Shown: piece after piece, positions 53,201 to 64,000 of the stretch
How the letters are laid out: every line of letters begins with the position of its first letter
Numbering within the stretch: the stretch's first letter is position 1
NCBI GenBank assembly: GCA_951406725.2
Contig: OX597826.1
Span: forward strand, 81,902,001-81,966,000
Length of the DNA stretch: 64,000 nt
Reading direction: 5' to 3'
From: Octopus vulgaris
Taxonomy: Eukaryota
The notes under the pieces: generated by a model
The model's input: only the letters and a program-made list of their open reading frames with translations
Database searches by the model: none
What the model was told of the DNA's origin: nothing
Made by a program: the position numbers and the translations under genes

Positions 53201-54633
53201 TGAACGGATAGGAAAGTAGGGAGGCAGCCATTTAGAGCAATGGAGATACACTGAAGGAGAGTGATGGCGAGCTCAGTGGATGCGTGCTTCTGTCTTTCCT
53301 ATCTCTGTCTGAATATCAGTCTGTATGTCCCCGCCTCTCTTTTTCTCTCTCTGCATATATATATATATATATGTGTGTGTTTATATCTGTAGGTGTATGT
53401 GTGGAGAGAGCGAGGTGGGTAAGTGATATGGCTATATATATAACAGAATATGTTAGAATGGTGAGGCATTAAGCCAAGATAGCAGTTTCACGCAATATTT
53501 ATATGAGAGCGGCAATTTAAATGATCGTCAGCATGGTTTCTGTCCTTCTCTTCAATTAACTTTCATCAAATAACAGGTTAAAGTGAATCATTTCAAACGC
53601 AATAGATCAGCCAGGAATTGAACCTCTATTGAAAGAATCATTTCATAAATCATAATATTAATACTGAACAGGCAGAAACTCAGGTATTTAATAAAATGTT
53701 ACATGTTGCAAAGCTATAGAGAGAAAAATGTGCATGGAATCTACATGCAAACACGACAGCCGGTATTTCATTAGATGCGATGCAAATTGCAATATAGTTG
53801 TACAAAAGATGAAAGTGTAAACCAATTATTTACTACTGAGCCTATCCCAGCTCTTTGGAATGCAACAAAATATTATTAAATTTATAATTAAATTTACTAT
53901 GTTCTAGGGATTAAAAGATTCAGACACAAATTACTTTGGGCTTCGATGCTCTGTTTCAAATTTTCAATATTTAGAAACGGTAATTTGAGTAAGTTTTCAC
54001 AAGGATGTACAACAACAACAACAACAATGATAATGATAATAATAATAATAGGCTGAGAGATTTCGAACTCGGCAGAGTTACATGCAAAATCAACCTCATA
54101 TAATTATATTAGCTTTTAATAAATGGAAAGTGGAGTGATCGCAATATTTTTAGAGTTTTCAAAGATTTCTATGCCCACTAAATATTATTCATTCCCTCGT
54201 ATCCGTGCACTAAAAAATCAGAGGCAACTCTCCCGCCATCCTTTTCACCGTTGTGTCTAATCAAAGGGCAGTTTTAATGGCAGGCACAGTGCTAAACTAA
54301 ATACCAATAACATCGATCTCTCTAAGCCTGAAAAGAATGCAACAGATGCAGCCCTTGCTCAACTATTTTGATTTCATTTTTTTTTATTATTAACAAAAGA
54401 ATCTTAGTCTTTAATCAGTTCATAGTTGCTTCTCTTTGGTTTCTGGTTATAAGACGACAACTTAGAAATGCAGGCATCCACCAGAGATCATTAGGAGCTC
54501 GGAACTGACCATTCTATTTTCACTCAATTTTCTCCCAAGCGAGACTACTTCTCTATGACAAACCAAAGTGAACAGCCTTCTTAAGGTTTCAAATATTCTT
54601 TACACATTTCAACTGGTCACACACACGTGTATG

Positions 54634-54679
<46 letters not shown>

Positions 54680-54694
54680 TATATAAATATATAA

Positions 54695-54860
54695 GTTCAG
54701 CAAAATTTAGGTTCAGATGAATATGGTTCTTAAGTTAAAGGCACCAGAATTTTGTATGGTATTATCCATATGAATCAAATGAGGTGATTATAATCAAAAT
54801 AAGCAACAAGTATATCCAAGGTAGAGTAGTACAATTGTTTCATGCTACTTCATTTTATTA

Positions 54861-54862
<2 letters not shown>
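54695..54862 (-). mobile_element. Short PLE terminus between (TA)n tracts with the hammerhead 3' half GAAACAAUUGUA
   Basis: Palindromic stem III ACAATTGT plus A at about 54830-54841; flanked by TA tracts on both sides. Confidence 0.5.
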
Positions 54863-54889
<27 letters not shown>

Positions 54890-54893
<4 letters not shown>

Positions 54894-55090
54894 CGGTCTT
54901 CTTTTCGCTTCCGTTTACCAAATCCCCAAATCCACTCACAAGACTTTGGTTGGCCCGAAGCTATAGTACAACATACTTGGCTAAGTTGCCACGCAGTGGG
55001 AGAGAAGACAGAACCATGTACCTGGGAAGCAGGCTTTTTGCTACATAGCTGCCTCTAGTCACACCTGCGCCTAGCCACATCTGCACCTGT
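54890..55090 (-). mobile_element. SINE family B, 5' part (another at 62545-62660)
   Basis: aatccactcacaagactttgg...gccacgcagtggga...cctgcgcct. Confidence 0.85.
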
Positions 55091-55100
55091 ATGTGTGTGC

Positions 55101-55138
<38 letters not shown>

Positions 55139-55164
55139 ATTATTATTATTATTTCTATGTATAT

Positions 55165-56003
55165 ATTACGTGGAAAAATGCGAGCAAAAGAAATGATATT
55201 CTTAAGATTATAAATCTGGAAAAGTTCAGGACAAGTTATTACATCTGGTAAAGTACAGAAAAAAGAAAATTTTTACTTAAAATATTGTAGCTAAGGATAA
55301 AATTTCAAATAAAATATTTAGTTTTAGAAAATATTAGCTTTTATTAAAACTTAAAATTTTTTTACAAGTTTTACTTCTCTTTGTTATTACTTGTTACTTC
55401 TATCAAAAGTATAAAATAACTCAAAATATTTTTTGCACTTTAAATAAATTCATTTTTTAAAATTATTAATTAATTAGAAATTTAAAAGCGATTATAAAAA
55501 ATAATAGTACATAATTAGTACAATAAATAGAATACAAACATTAGTTATATATTACAGTAAAATCTACCTATAACAACAAATTCACAGAATAATTTGCTTG
55601 AGTTGTTGCTTAAGTTATTGCCAAGTCTTCACATTTTTAGTCTTGACCCAATGTCTATTTTTTACAAAATGAATTTGCCTACCATATATACTATTCTACT
55701 TTGCATAAAACTTTAGCTATATTGGTACTTCTGGTTCTCATTTTTCAAGTATACTAGTGTGTCAATGTTTTAACAAAATGATGGTATCCTTTTTAGTTAT
55801 AAAGTTATTTTGTAAATTAAAATCAAATAATTTTTAATTTTCAAATTTTATCCTTAGTTGTAATATTTTAAGTAAAAGATTTTCTGTACTTTACCAGCTG
55901 TAATACATTGTCCTATATTTTTCCAAGTGTAATAACTTGTCCTCTACATCTCTAGATTTATCTTAAGAATATTATTTCTCTTGTTCGCATTTTTCCATGT
56001 AAT
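55165..56003. mobile_element. AT-rich foldback/MITE element of about 840 bp with imperfect TIRs of about 190 bp
   Basis: attacgtggaaaaatgcga...ctggtaaagtacagaaaa...ctaaggataaaattt is mirrored at about 55800-56003. Confidence 0.8.
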
Positions 56004-57829
56004 CCACGTTTTTTCCAGGCTATGCTATTATGCTAATTAATAAGGTGTAAAATGTGTCAATAAGCGGTGTTGTTGATAATTTTTTCCTTACGTCAATAAT
56101 GCCGGTGACATATATTAAAAAGTCCCCCTATAGGACTATATTCGTAAAAAAGTATAGAACTATATTATCACCCTCAAATTTGAGAAACACACGCGCATAA
56201 CTTTTTTCTTTTAAAACTTCATTGCATGAGATTGATACCATGAAATTCCTGGAATTGAGCTCTTTCATTTAAGCTTAATTAAAATATAGATTGTTTTTAA
56301 AATAAAAATAAGTTACTTATACTTAAATCCAATTTTTTAACGTATCTTTTTGATATTTTACATCACAATTTTTTTAATACATATTTTTGTTTCATGGGAT
56401 CAAAACTATGAAATCCTTCTATCATTGAAGCTAAGATAAATATATTTTGCCTAAAATAAAAAAAATTATTTAGATCTAAACTTGATTGGTGGCGTTACTT
56501 ACTCTCCTATAACGTTGCTACAAATGTTGATGTAAACTTTTTTTTCTACTGGACCAAATTTAAGTTTTTTAATGCCAAAATGTAGCTAGGGACCAGTTCT
56601 CTTCAAAAGAGTTAATATTTTTTTTTATTTGGTTAAGAACTGATTTATCGATATATTAATATATATATGTGTGTGTGTTTGTATTGCTATTTTGTCATAA
56701 CCAGAGGTGTAAATGTTACATTGATATGGAGATGATATTTTTGAATCTACGGCAAACAAAAGGTTATCGCGTTCAGTCCTTTAAAGTGTTAGGTGGAAAT
56801 TTATTTTTGGGCGAAAGGTGACAGCTTGATTCTATGATGGACCGGAGTAAAACTATTTAAGGAACCGTTAAATAACAAATGGAAATGTTTGTTCCGTAGA
56901 TTTCACACACACGAATTTACAGAAGAAGCCTGTTACAAAATACGACCATTGATTTCTTTATAAAGCAAAATGACAGGCTTAGGAGAGCAACCCCGTTACT
57001 TTTGTCAACAGTTATACATGAAGCGTGAAGTTTGCATGATTGCTTTGCTGATCAACCGCATTCATTAATGTAATCCATGTATTTGGCACCAAGGACTTCG
57101 CTATCTGCAGTTTCAGATCCACATGATTTCTACACGTAACACAAACGAGCAAAGGCGTTAGTGATTAACTATTTGTAGAACCAGTAACACACACACACAC
57201 ACACGACAGTTTTACCGGAAGATAATGCGCTGACAGTTATATGACATATTACAGCAGCAAATTCGTTTGATCAAGGGTCCCTTATCCATACACCCACCTG
57301 TACATCGATCTGATATCCAATATATATCGTTCTCTTTTTATGTCCCCCAACTGACAGTTGGGTCCTTGCTTTCATCTTAGAAAAGTTGAAACAGTTTTCT
57401 TGCTTTATTTCTGAAGAAATCGTAAGAATGAGATTATCGTCGAATAACATTCGGTTATTGCAGTTGTCGCTTATTTGTTTATGTATTTATTTATTTATTT
57501 GTTTATTTATTTATTTATTTATATGCATGGGTTGTGTTAAATGTGTGTGAATAGAAATGATGGACTCGCCGCAAGTTTTCCAGCAAGACAATGAGAAACC
57601 CGACGCTGTAGAAGAAAACTTTTGCTCGGTGTTTCTGAACGCAGTGAAAACGAATATTGAAGCGAGTATTTGTGAAAAGAAATCTAGAACCATACGGCCG
57701 TTTCTGCAACCAACAAGTCGTCCATTCTGACCAACACTAAAAATAGGCACAACACAATATGACAACGCTTGAAACTCTCAGGAAATAAAAAAGAGGTAGG
57801 AAGGATTTTAACTCTAAAACCAAACACCT

Positions 57830-58425
57830 CGCCAGTATGGCACGAGGCTAGCAGGTTTCAAGGCGGGTCTAAGTCGATTAAATTAACCCCAGTGTTCAAT
57901 TGGTATTTGATTTATTGACCCCGAAAGGGTAAAAGACAAACTCAACCTCGGCGGAATTTGAACTCAGAACGGTGTGCTCACGATTCTGCCCGCTCGCTGC
58001 CTTATTACACGTTAGTATATTCCTTTTTCCTCTAGGCACAAGGCCCGAAAGTTTGGAGAAGGGGGTTAGTCGATTATATCGACACCAGTACGCAACTGGT
58101 ACTTAATTTATCGACCCCGATGAAAGGCAAAGTCGATCTCGGCGGAACTTGAACTCAGAACGTAGCGACAGACGAAATACCTATTTCTTTACTACCCACA
58201 AGAGGCTAAACACACAGAGAGGACAAACAAGGACAGACAAACGGATTAAGTCGATTACATCGACCCCAGTGCGTAACTGGTACTTAATTTATCGACCCCA
58301 AAAAGATGAAAGGCAAAGTCAACCTCGGCGGAATTTGAACTCAGAACGCAACGACAGACGAAATACCATTAAGCATTTCGCCCGGCGTGCTAACGACGAC
58401 TCTGCCCGCTCCTCGCCGCCTTATT
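57830..58425 (-). mobile_element. Cluster of three SINE family A units, including a tail2/tail1 chimeric dimer at 58020-58425
   Basis: The core is repeated three times, with two different tails. Confidence 0.9.
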
Positions 58426-58836
58426 CCTCGTTAGTATATCGAATCATTATCGGCCAGCGATTGTTGCACTCAATGTTTGATATTCCGTCAAAGTTAAATA
58501 AAGTTACCACGATTTGGTTATCGTAGAAAAGTATATTTTGCTATTTAATTGTGGAATGTACAAAGTCTTTTTAACTGTGTGTGTGTACGTATGTGCGCGG
58601 CGCGCGTCTAGTGTAAGGGTGTCGGTGTTCTGAAAAAGTTCCGATTAACCAGTGAGTGGGTAACTACCAGGAAGACAGATCGAGATAAACGATGGCTGGG
58701 AGAGGAAGGGGGCAATGTGACACAAAGAAAATAAAGGGGAAGAGATTAAATATAAATGGTGGGGAAGAAATAGTGGAAAGAGAGAGGGTGGCAAAAGAAG
58801 ATAAGAAACTTTTGCGTTCTTTATAACGGATGTCAC

Positions 58837-58914
58837 CTCCTCATCCGGGCTCTGTCTACGTGGGTGGTCAAATTTGTTCAGAATTTGCGTGATCGTTGTT
58901 GATGAGGAAGACAT
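58837..58914 (-). CDS. Possible first coding exon (MSSSSTTITQILNKFDHPRRQSPDEE)
   Basis: Acceptor ttctatatccag ending at 58956, AAAACCATG start context, moderate donor GAG|GTGACA. No homology recognised. Confidence 0.2.
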
Positions 58915-59172
58915 GGTTTTGAAGTTTACAATTCATGACGATATTAAAGGAACGCCTGGATATAGAAATCTGTGTGGGTGTGTGTGATAGTGTGTGTGAT
59001 TGTGAAAGAGAGAGAGATAGAGAGGGAGAGAGAGAGGGGGAGAGAGAGAAAGAGAGGGAGAGGTAGTACAGTTAAGTGGGTGTAATAGAACTGAAAGTAT
59101 TCATGCTTTAAAAATATTATTTAAATTAATTTAGAAGCCTTCAGAATAAAGAATTAATAACACACACACACA

Positions 59173-59227
<55 letters not shown>

Positions 59228-59228
<1 letters not shown>

Positions 59229-59466
59229 TAAGACAGCAAAAGAATGAAAGAAACCTCGATGTTACGTAAATAGAGGAATTTATTTGTAATATAATGTGTG
59301 ACAATTATTCGGTTGCCATAATAAAACTCCGGGTTTCGGATGTCGGACCGGAAACCTGCACCGGCATCTCTTCAGTTATCGAGGCAATCTGCCGTTGAAG
59401 ATTTCCGTCCCGGCATCCGAAACTCGGAGTTTTATTATGGCAACCGAATAATTGTCACTTATTACA
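59228..59466 (-). mobile_element. PLE terminus next to (TA)n with a hammerhead motif (59321-59379) and an inverted partial duplicate
   Basis: Minus strand AUAA-CUGAAGA-GAUG...CAUC-C-GAAA-CCC-G-GAG-UU|UUAU; arms 59298-59346 and 59411-59458 are inverted. Confidence 0.7.
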
Positions 59467-59496
59467 TGTGTGTACGTGTATGTATGTATGAATGTA

Positions 59497-59581
<85 letters not shown>

Positions 59582-60094
59582 CTTGGAATTAAATAGTGTT
59601 GGTTTACTATCAGGAGACTTTTGGCCAGCCCTGTATATGTGCGTGCGCGCATGTCACGTCATCACATGACCGATCAGACTTACACGTGTTATAGTTTGCA
59701 TCCTTTTAGTCTTCGAATGGTGCCACCAACATTTTTTTCCTATCGAAAGGGAAACTGGAGCAACATGGAATGAAGTGTTCTGCACAAGAACACAACGCGC
59801 TGCCCGTTCTGAGAATCGAACCCATGTTCTAGCGATCGTGAATGCAACACCCTAACCACTAGGTCACACGCGTTCACACACACACACACACACACACAAA
59901 TACTCACGTACACATATACATATTTCGCTTTGGCATTAATAACCTAGTGTAGAACTCAATACTCTGCATAAATGGTGCACTTTATTAGCTTACAGATGGG
60001 TTCTGCTATATGATGTAGTGGGCCCAGGGTTAAGAATCATCTCACTTTCTTACACAGACACATGTGTATGTGTGTGAATGTATGTATGTATGTA

Positions 60095-60141
<47 letters not shown>

Positions 60142-60143
<2 letters not shown>

Positions 60144-60345
60144 AAACGTAACTACATATGGTATGTTGGCGATTTTTTCCCCCCGTCTTCCTTTTCTCTT
60201 GGACTTTCCTCTGTCTCCTGTTTCTAAAGAGCTTTGCTCGAAACGTAAAACGCCCTTTCTTTACTTCCCTAAGCGTCTTTTAATCCTTTGCATGTATCAC
60301 GTCCTCGCGTCCTTGTTTGTGTCTTTTCTTCGCTTTTTGGATTAA
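60142..60345 (+). mobile_element. Second copy of the 25255 PLE-terminus family with the core partly deleted
   Basis: caaaacgtaac...ttggcgatttttt...agagctttgctcgaaacgtaaa...ttggattaa. Confidence 0.7.
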
Positions 60346-60604
60346 TTATGTATGTATGTATGTATGTATGTATGTATGTATGTATGTATGTATGTATGTA
60401 TGTATGTGTGTGTGTGTATGTATGTATGTATGTATGTATGTATGTATGTATGTGTGTGTGTGTATGCGTGTGTTCCTTCCGTCTTTCCCCACCACCGTTT
60501 GACAACCGGTATTGGTCTCTCTCTTTACGTCCCTGTAACTTAGTGGTTCGACAAAAGAGACTATAGAATAAGCTCCAGGCTTAAAGATGTCAGTACTGAT
60601 ATGC

Positions 60605-61110
60605 CAGTTATGTGTTGAGTGAGTGCAGTACACTATGAGGAAAAGGGTATATGCACGCAGACTTGACTTTAGAGGTGAAAGAGTGCATCGAGATGTCAGC
60701 CGAATGAGAAGCGGCATGAACACGTTCCAGAGGCTGTGAGGGAGAATGAGAATGACAAGAACTTGAGAGATTTTGTCCATAGAGACTGACCATGCTATTG
60801 AAGCAAATATAATAACAGAGTAGAAAATAAACTGTGTCAGATGAGAGACTTTGCAATTCCTTTTGATAGTCGATACGGAAGGAATGCAAAAATCTGAGAA
60901 ATACCAGGATCCATCTCGAGAGCTGAGAAGGTGGAAGACCAATCCTGTAGTAATGGGAGCACTTGGCACAACACCCAAAATTATATCTAAAAGACTGAAA
61001 GAAATTGGAATTGAAACTCTCATTGTTGACCTGGGGAAAAGTACCATTCTATATTCTGTAAGAATCCTAAAGAAGATTCTTGATATTTGAGGGGACTTGT
61101 CATGGAACCT
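60605..61110 (+). mobile_element. R4/Dong-like LINE 3' fragment
   Basis: KSEKYQDPSREL...PVVMGALGTTPK...LKEIGI...KSTILYSVRILKKILDI*. Confidence 0.88.
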
Positions 61111-61129
61111 TACTAGCGTATTAGAGCAG

Positions 61130-61325
61130 ATAATAGCGTTAGCGCGTCGGACAAAGTGCTTAGCAGCATTTCGTCCGTCTTTATGTTCTGAGTTCAAATT
61201 CCATCGAGGAGGACCTTGCCATTGATCCTTTCTGGGTTCAGTGAAATATGTAACAGTCAATGTAATCGACTAATCCCTAGCCTGAATATTTCAGGCCTTG
61301 TGCCTATTTTAAAAAGGGTTATTTC
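61130..61325 (+). mobile_element. SINE family A, degenerate
   Basis: gttctgagttcaaattcc...ggccttgtgcctat. Confidence 0.8.
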
Positions 61326-62439
61326 TATCTTCATCACCACCATCATCATAGATGTTCCTAATTTATGGTGTATTTTTTTGGTAAAATTCTGAGGGGTGAT
61401 TGCTATCGATTACATCGATTCCAGTTTTAAAGTGATATTTTATCAGCTTAGATCAAAGTTTGGGTCTCATGAACTAAACTTTTCAAAAATTTCATTAACC
61501 AGAGGTTTTGAATTTGAATGAGACCGAAATTACATTCAGGAACGAAAGACTACCAAGTTAAGCTGTACACATGAAATCATTTACACAGTATGGACAAATG
61601 TTTATGATGTTCTCTTGGCAGCAGCTATATACCTGGTTTGATTCTACAGGGCGGGTCCTGGTGCAAGAAAAGGCTTCTCTCACACAGAATGAGGCGCTGG
61701 TTCTGCTTAAAATTTACGTTAAGGATAAACGGATTCGTGGACGGTTCAGCTGTTTACACGTTAATTCAAGCCAAGAGGAGATAAATCATTTGATCGAACA
61801 AGTGTATCCTCATTGTTGAACGACGGAGATCCACCACATACGTTTGATGTGTATTTAAGTATTTGCGAGTGCACGAATGTGAGCTCGTGTGTGTATTTGT
61901 GTGTTCGTGTGTGTGTGGGTGGGGGGTGTATACGTCCACTCACACCTGTGTATGCAGCTATACGTACCGAGGTGATGTGTTTATATGCGCGTGTATGGAG
62001 ACGTGTATATCTTCGAGAAATTATTAAGAACTTCGCTTAAGCATTTTGATAATTTCCATCAAGTTTTTCTTGCCTACGGATTTTCTGTTTTATTGAACAA
62101 TTTAAACGCGTATAACTACATTTTACATTTTATTGAACTAATTAAAATATGTAATTAAACAAAATGAATAAATAAAACAAGGAAAAACAGATAATGGAAC
62201 ATTATTAAAAATGCTTTGCTGTTCTATATTCAATACCAGGCAGTTTCAAAAACAGCATGTAAAACATACATACATGCATGCATGCATACGTACATACATA
62301 CATACACACAGGCAAACATATATATATATATAGACAGACACACATATAAACATATATATCTACATGTCTGTATATGTGTGTATACAAACACATACACCCC
62401 CACACAAGTACATATACAAACGTATATAAATGTATATGT

Positions 62440-62491
<52 letters not shown>

Positions 62492-63180
62492 GTATTTATA
62501 TACATACATACATATATACACACACAAATATATACATATATATATTCTTTCAGTTTCCGTCTACCATATCCACTCACAAGTCTTTGGCCGGCCTTTGCCG
62601 AAGGTGCCACGCAGTGGGACTGCACCAGGAACTATGTGGATGCTAAGCAAGCTACTTAACACACACACACACACATTAAATATATATGTATATATATATG
62701 GAGAGAGAGAGAGAGGCTCAGAGACAGAGAGAAAATAAAGTTAACTAAAAAAAACAAAGAAAAATAACAAAAGAAAGATAAGATTTACCAAATATTGTAC
62801 TTAATTGAACGCTTAAAAATGAGTGACTTTGCCTGAACGATTGGTCGTTGGTCGTTGTTTAGAATCAGATTAGAGGGGAAATATGAAGGAGCATGGGAGG
62901 GAGAAAAGAGAGGGAGAGAGAGAGAGGGAGCGAGAGAGAAAGGACGAGACAGAGAGAGCGAGAGAAAGTATGAGAAAATCGATGAGGGTTAAAAGCCAGG
63001 AAGGAATGTGGTTATATGAAGGGGGTAGGGGTGAAGATAGGATGAATGGGTAAGTGTGTGGGGGTATAGGTCAAGTCTTGAGATGGGTGAGTTTGCTTTG
63101 TGTGTGGATTCGTTGGTGTGTGTGTGTGTGTGTGTGCAGAGGTGTACAGGTACAGAAGTGCAGTAGTTTCATGTTAACGT

Positions 63181-63214
<34 letters not shown>

Positions 63215-63219
63215 AAATG

Positions 63220-63950
63220 TGTGAGTGTAATCGTTAAGCGTAAGGAAGACGTGGGAGTCAAGGTGGGAGCGACGGTGCTGTATAAAGGAAGGCAAGAGGG
63301 ATATAATGAAAATCTATGTCGGATTAAAGGTGCGATATGGTGTAATGTAGAGCAGAGGTTGGAATAATGGATATAATGCAACGCAAGTGTAACAAATCTG
63401 TTTTTGGGTCCTGTGAGGGCGGGTGGCGGGTGGGACAAGAGTAATGTGACAAAAGTGAATGTAAAGCAGAAAACGGAAATAAAGGAACGAAGAAATATGA
63501 AATAAATGAAAAAACAAAAAAAATATACAAAAAAAGCGTGGGTAAAAATAGCAAAGTAAGCGAGTTGAAGGAGAGACGAGTCGTGAGAGTTAAGTTAGCG
63601 AAATGGGAAAAAATGGTAAAAAAAAAAAAAAATTGCAGCATGTCACTGATAATAAATAAATACAAATACAATTCTGGTAAAAAATTCCAGGGAGCTTCTA
63701 AGCTAACGCAAAGTCTGGAGAGATAGAGATGTCCATATAATGCGCGGAGCTGATAAGCAAAAATAAGAAGGCAACGGATAAATGTGTAAGAACATGGCGG
63801 AGTTTTTGAGACGATTAAAATGGAAAGGAGAGAATGAGGGTACAACGAAACGAAACTTAAAAACATACAAAACTAGGAACAAAATGAAAAGTAAAAGAGA
63901 CAAAACGGAAAGCGTACAAAAATACTTCCCGATAAATATAGAAAGAAATT
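63220..63950 (-). mobile_element. Probable decayed PLE ORF 5' region
   Basis: Pyrimidine-rich, coding-like minus strand similar in character to 2780-3070; no definitive motif. Confidence 0.25.
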
Positions 63951-64000
63951 ACAAGGTAAAGTAAAAGTGTAAAAATGATAACGTTCGTTCTATATTAAAA

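Noticed and set aside
52880-53260. Possible RT remnant of a site-specific LINE
   Set aside because: Too decayed; only faint motif resemblance.
57705-57740. CWSEWTTC resembling a thrombospondin type-1 repeat start
   Set aside because: The following CG.G and R.R.C elements are absent.
57830-58425. Repeat-spacer-like pattern suggesting CRISPR
   Set aside because: The units are SINE cores over 100 bp in eukaryotic DNA with no cas genes.
60346-61260. 304-aa minus-strand ORF
   Set aside because: Antisense read-through of a SINE, a Dong-like LINE fragment and a (TATG)n tract.

Overview
This is AT-rich eukaryotic genomic DNA saturated with microsatellites. The SINE families and repeat landscape suggest an octopus (coleoid cephalopod) genome; this is inferred from pattern recognition, not a search. 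Most listed ORFs are translated microsatellites. Two candidate host genes lie on the minus strand. Gene A has an ATG exon at 4638-4673 spliced to a 300-nt exon at 109-408, giving a signal-peptide-like start and an N-glycosylated ectodomain that probably continues off the left edge. Gene B is a compact 3-exon, 70-aa secreted-peptide candidate at 30847-31370. The rest is decayed mobile DNA: a near-full-length mariner transposase pseudogene, R4/Dong-like, RTE and CR1-like LINE fragments, several tRNA-derived SINE families and MITEs. The most striking signal is about a dozen short Penelope-like-element (PLE) termini from several unrelated families, mostly within or beside (TA)n tracts. Many carry minimal type I hammerhead ribozyme motifs (two essentially intact, two with a compensatory U3:A8 core), and several are arranged as foldback inverted repeats, including a perfect palindrome with 136-bp arms.
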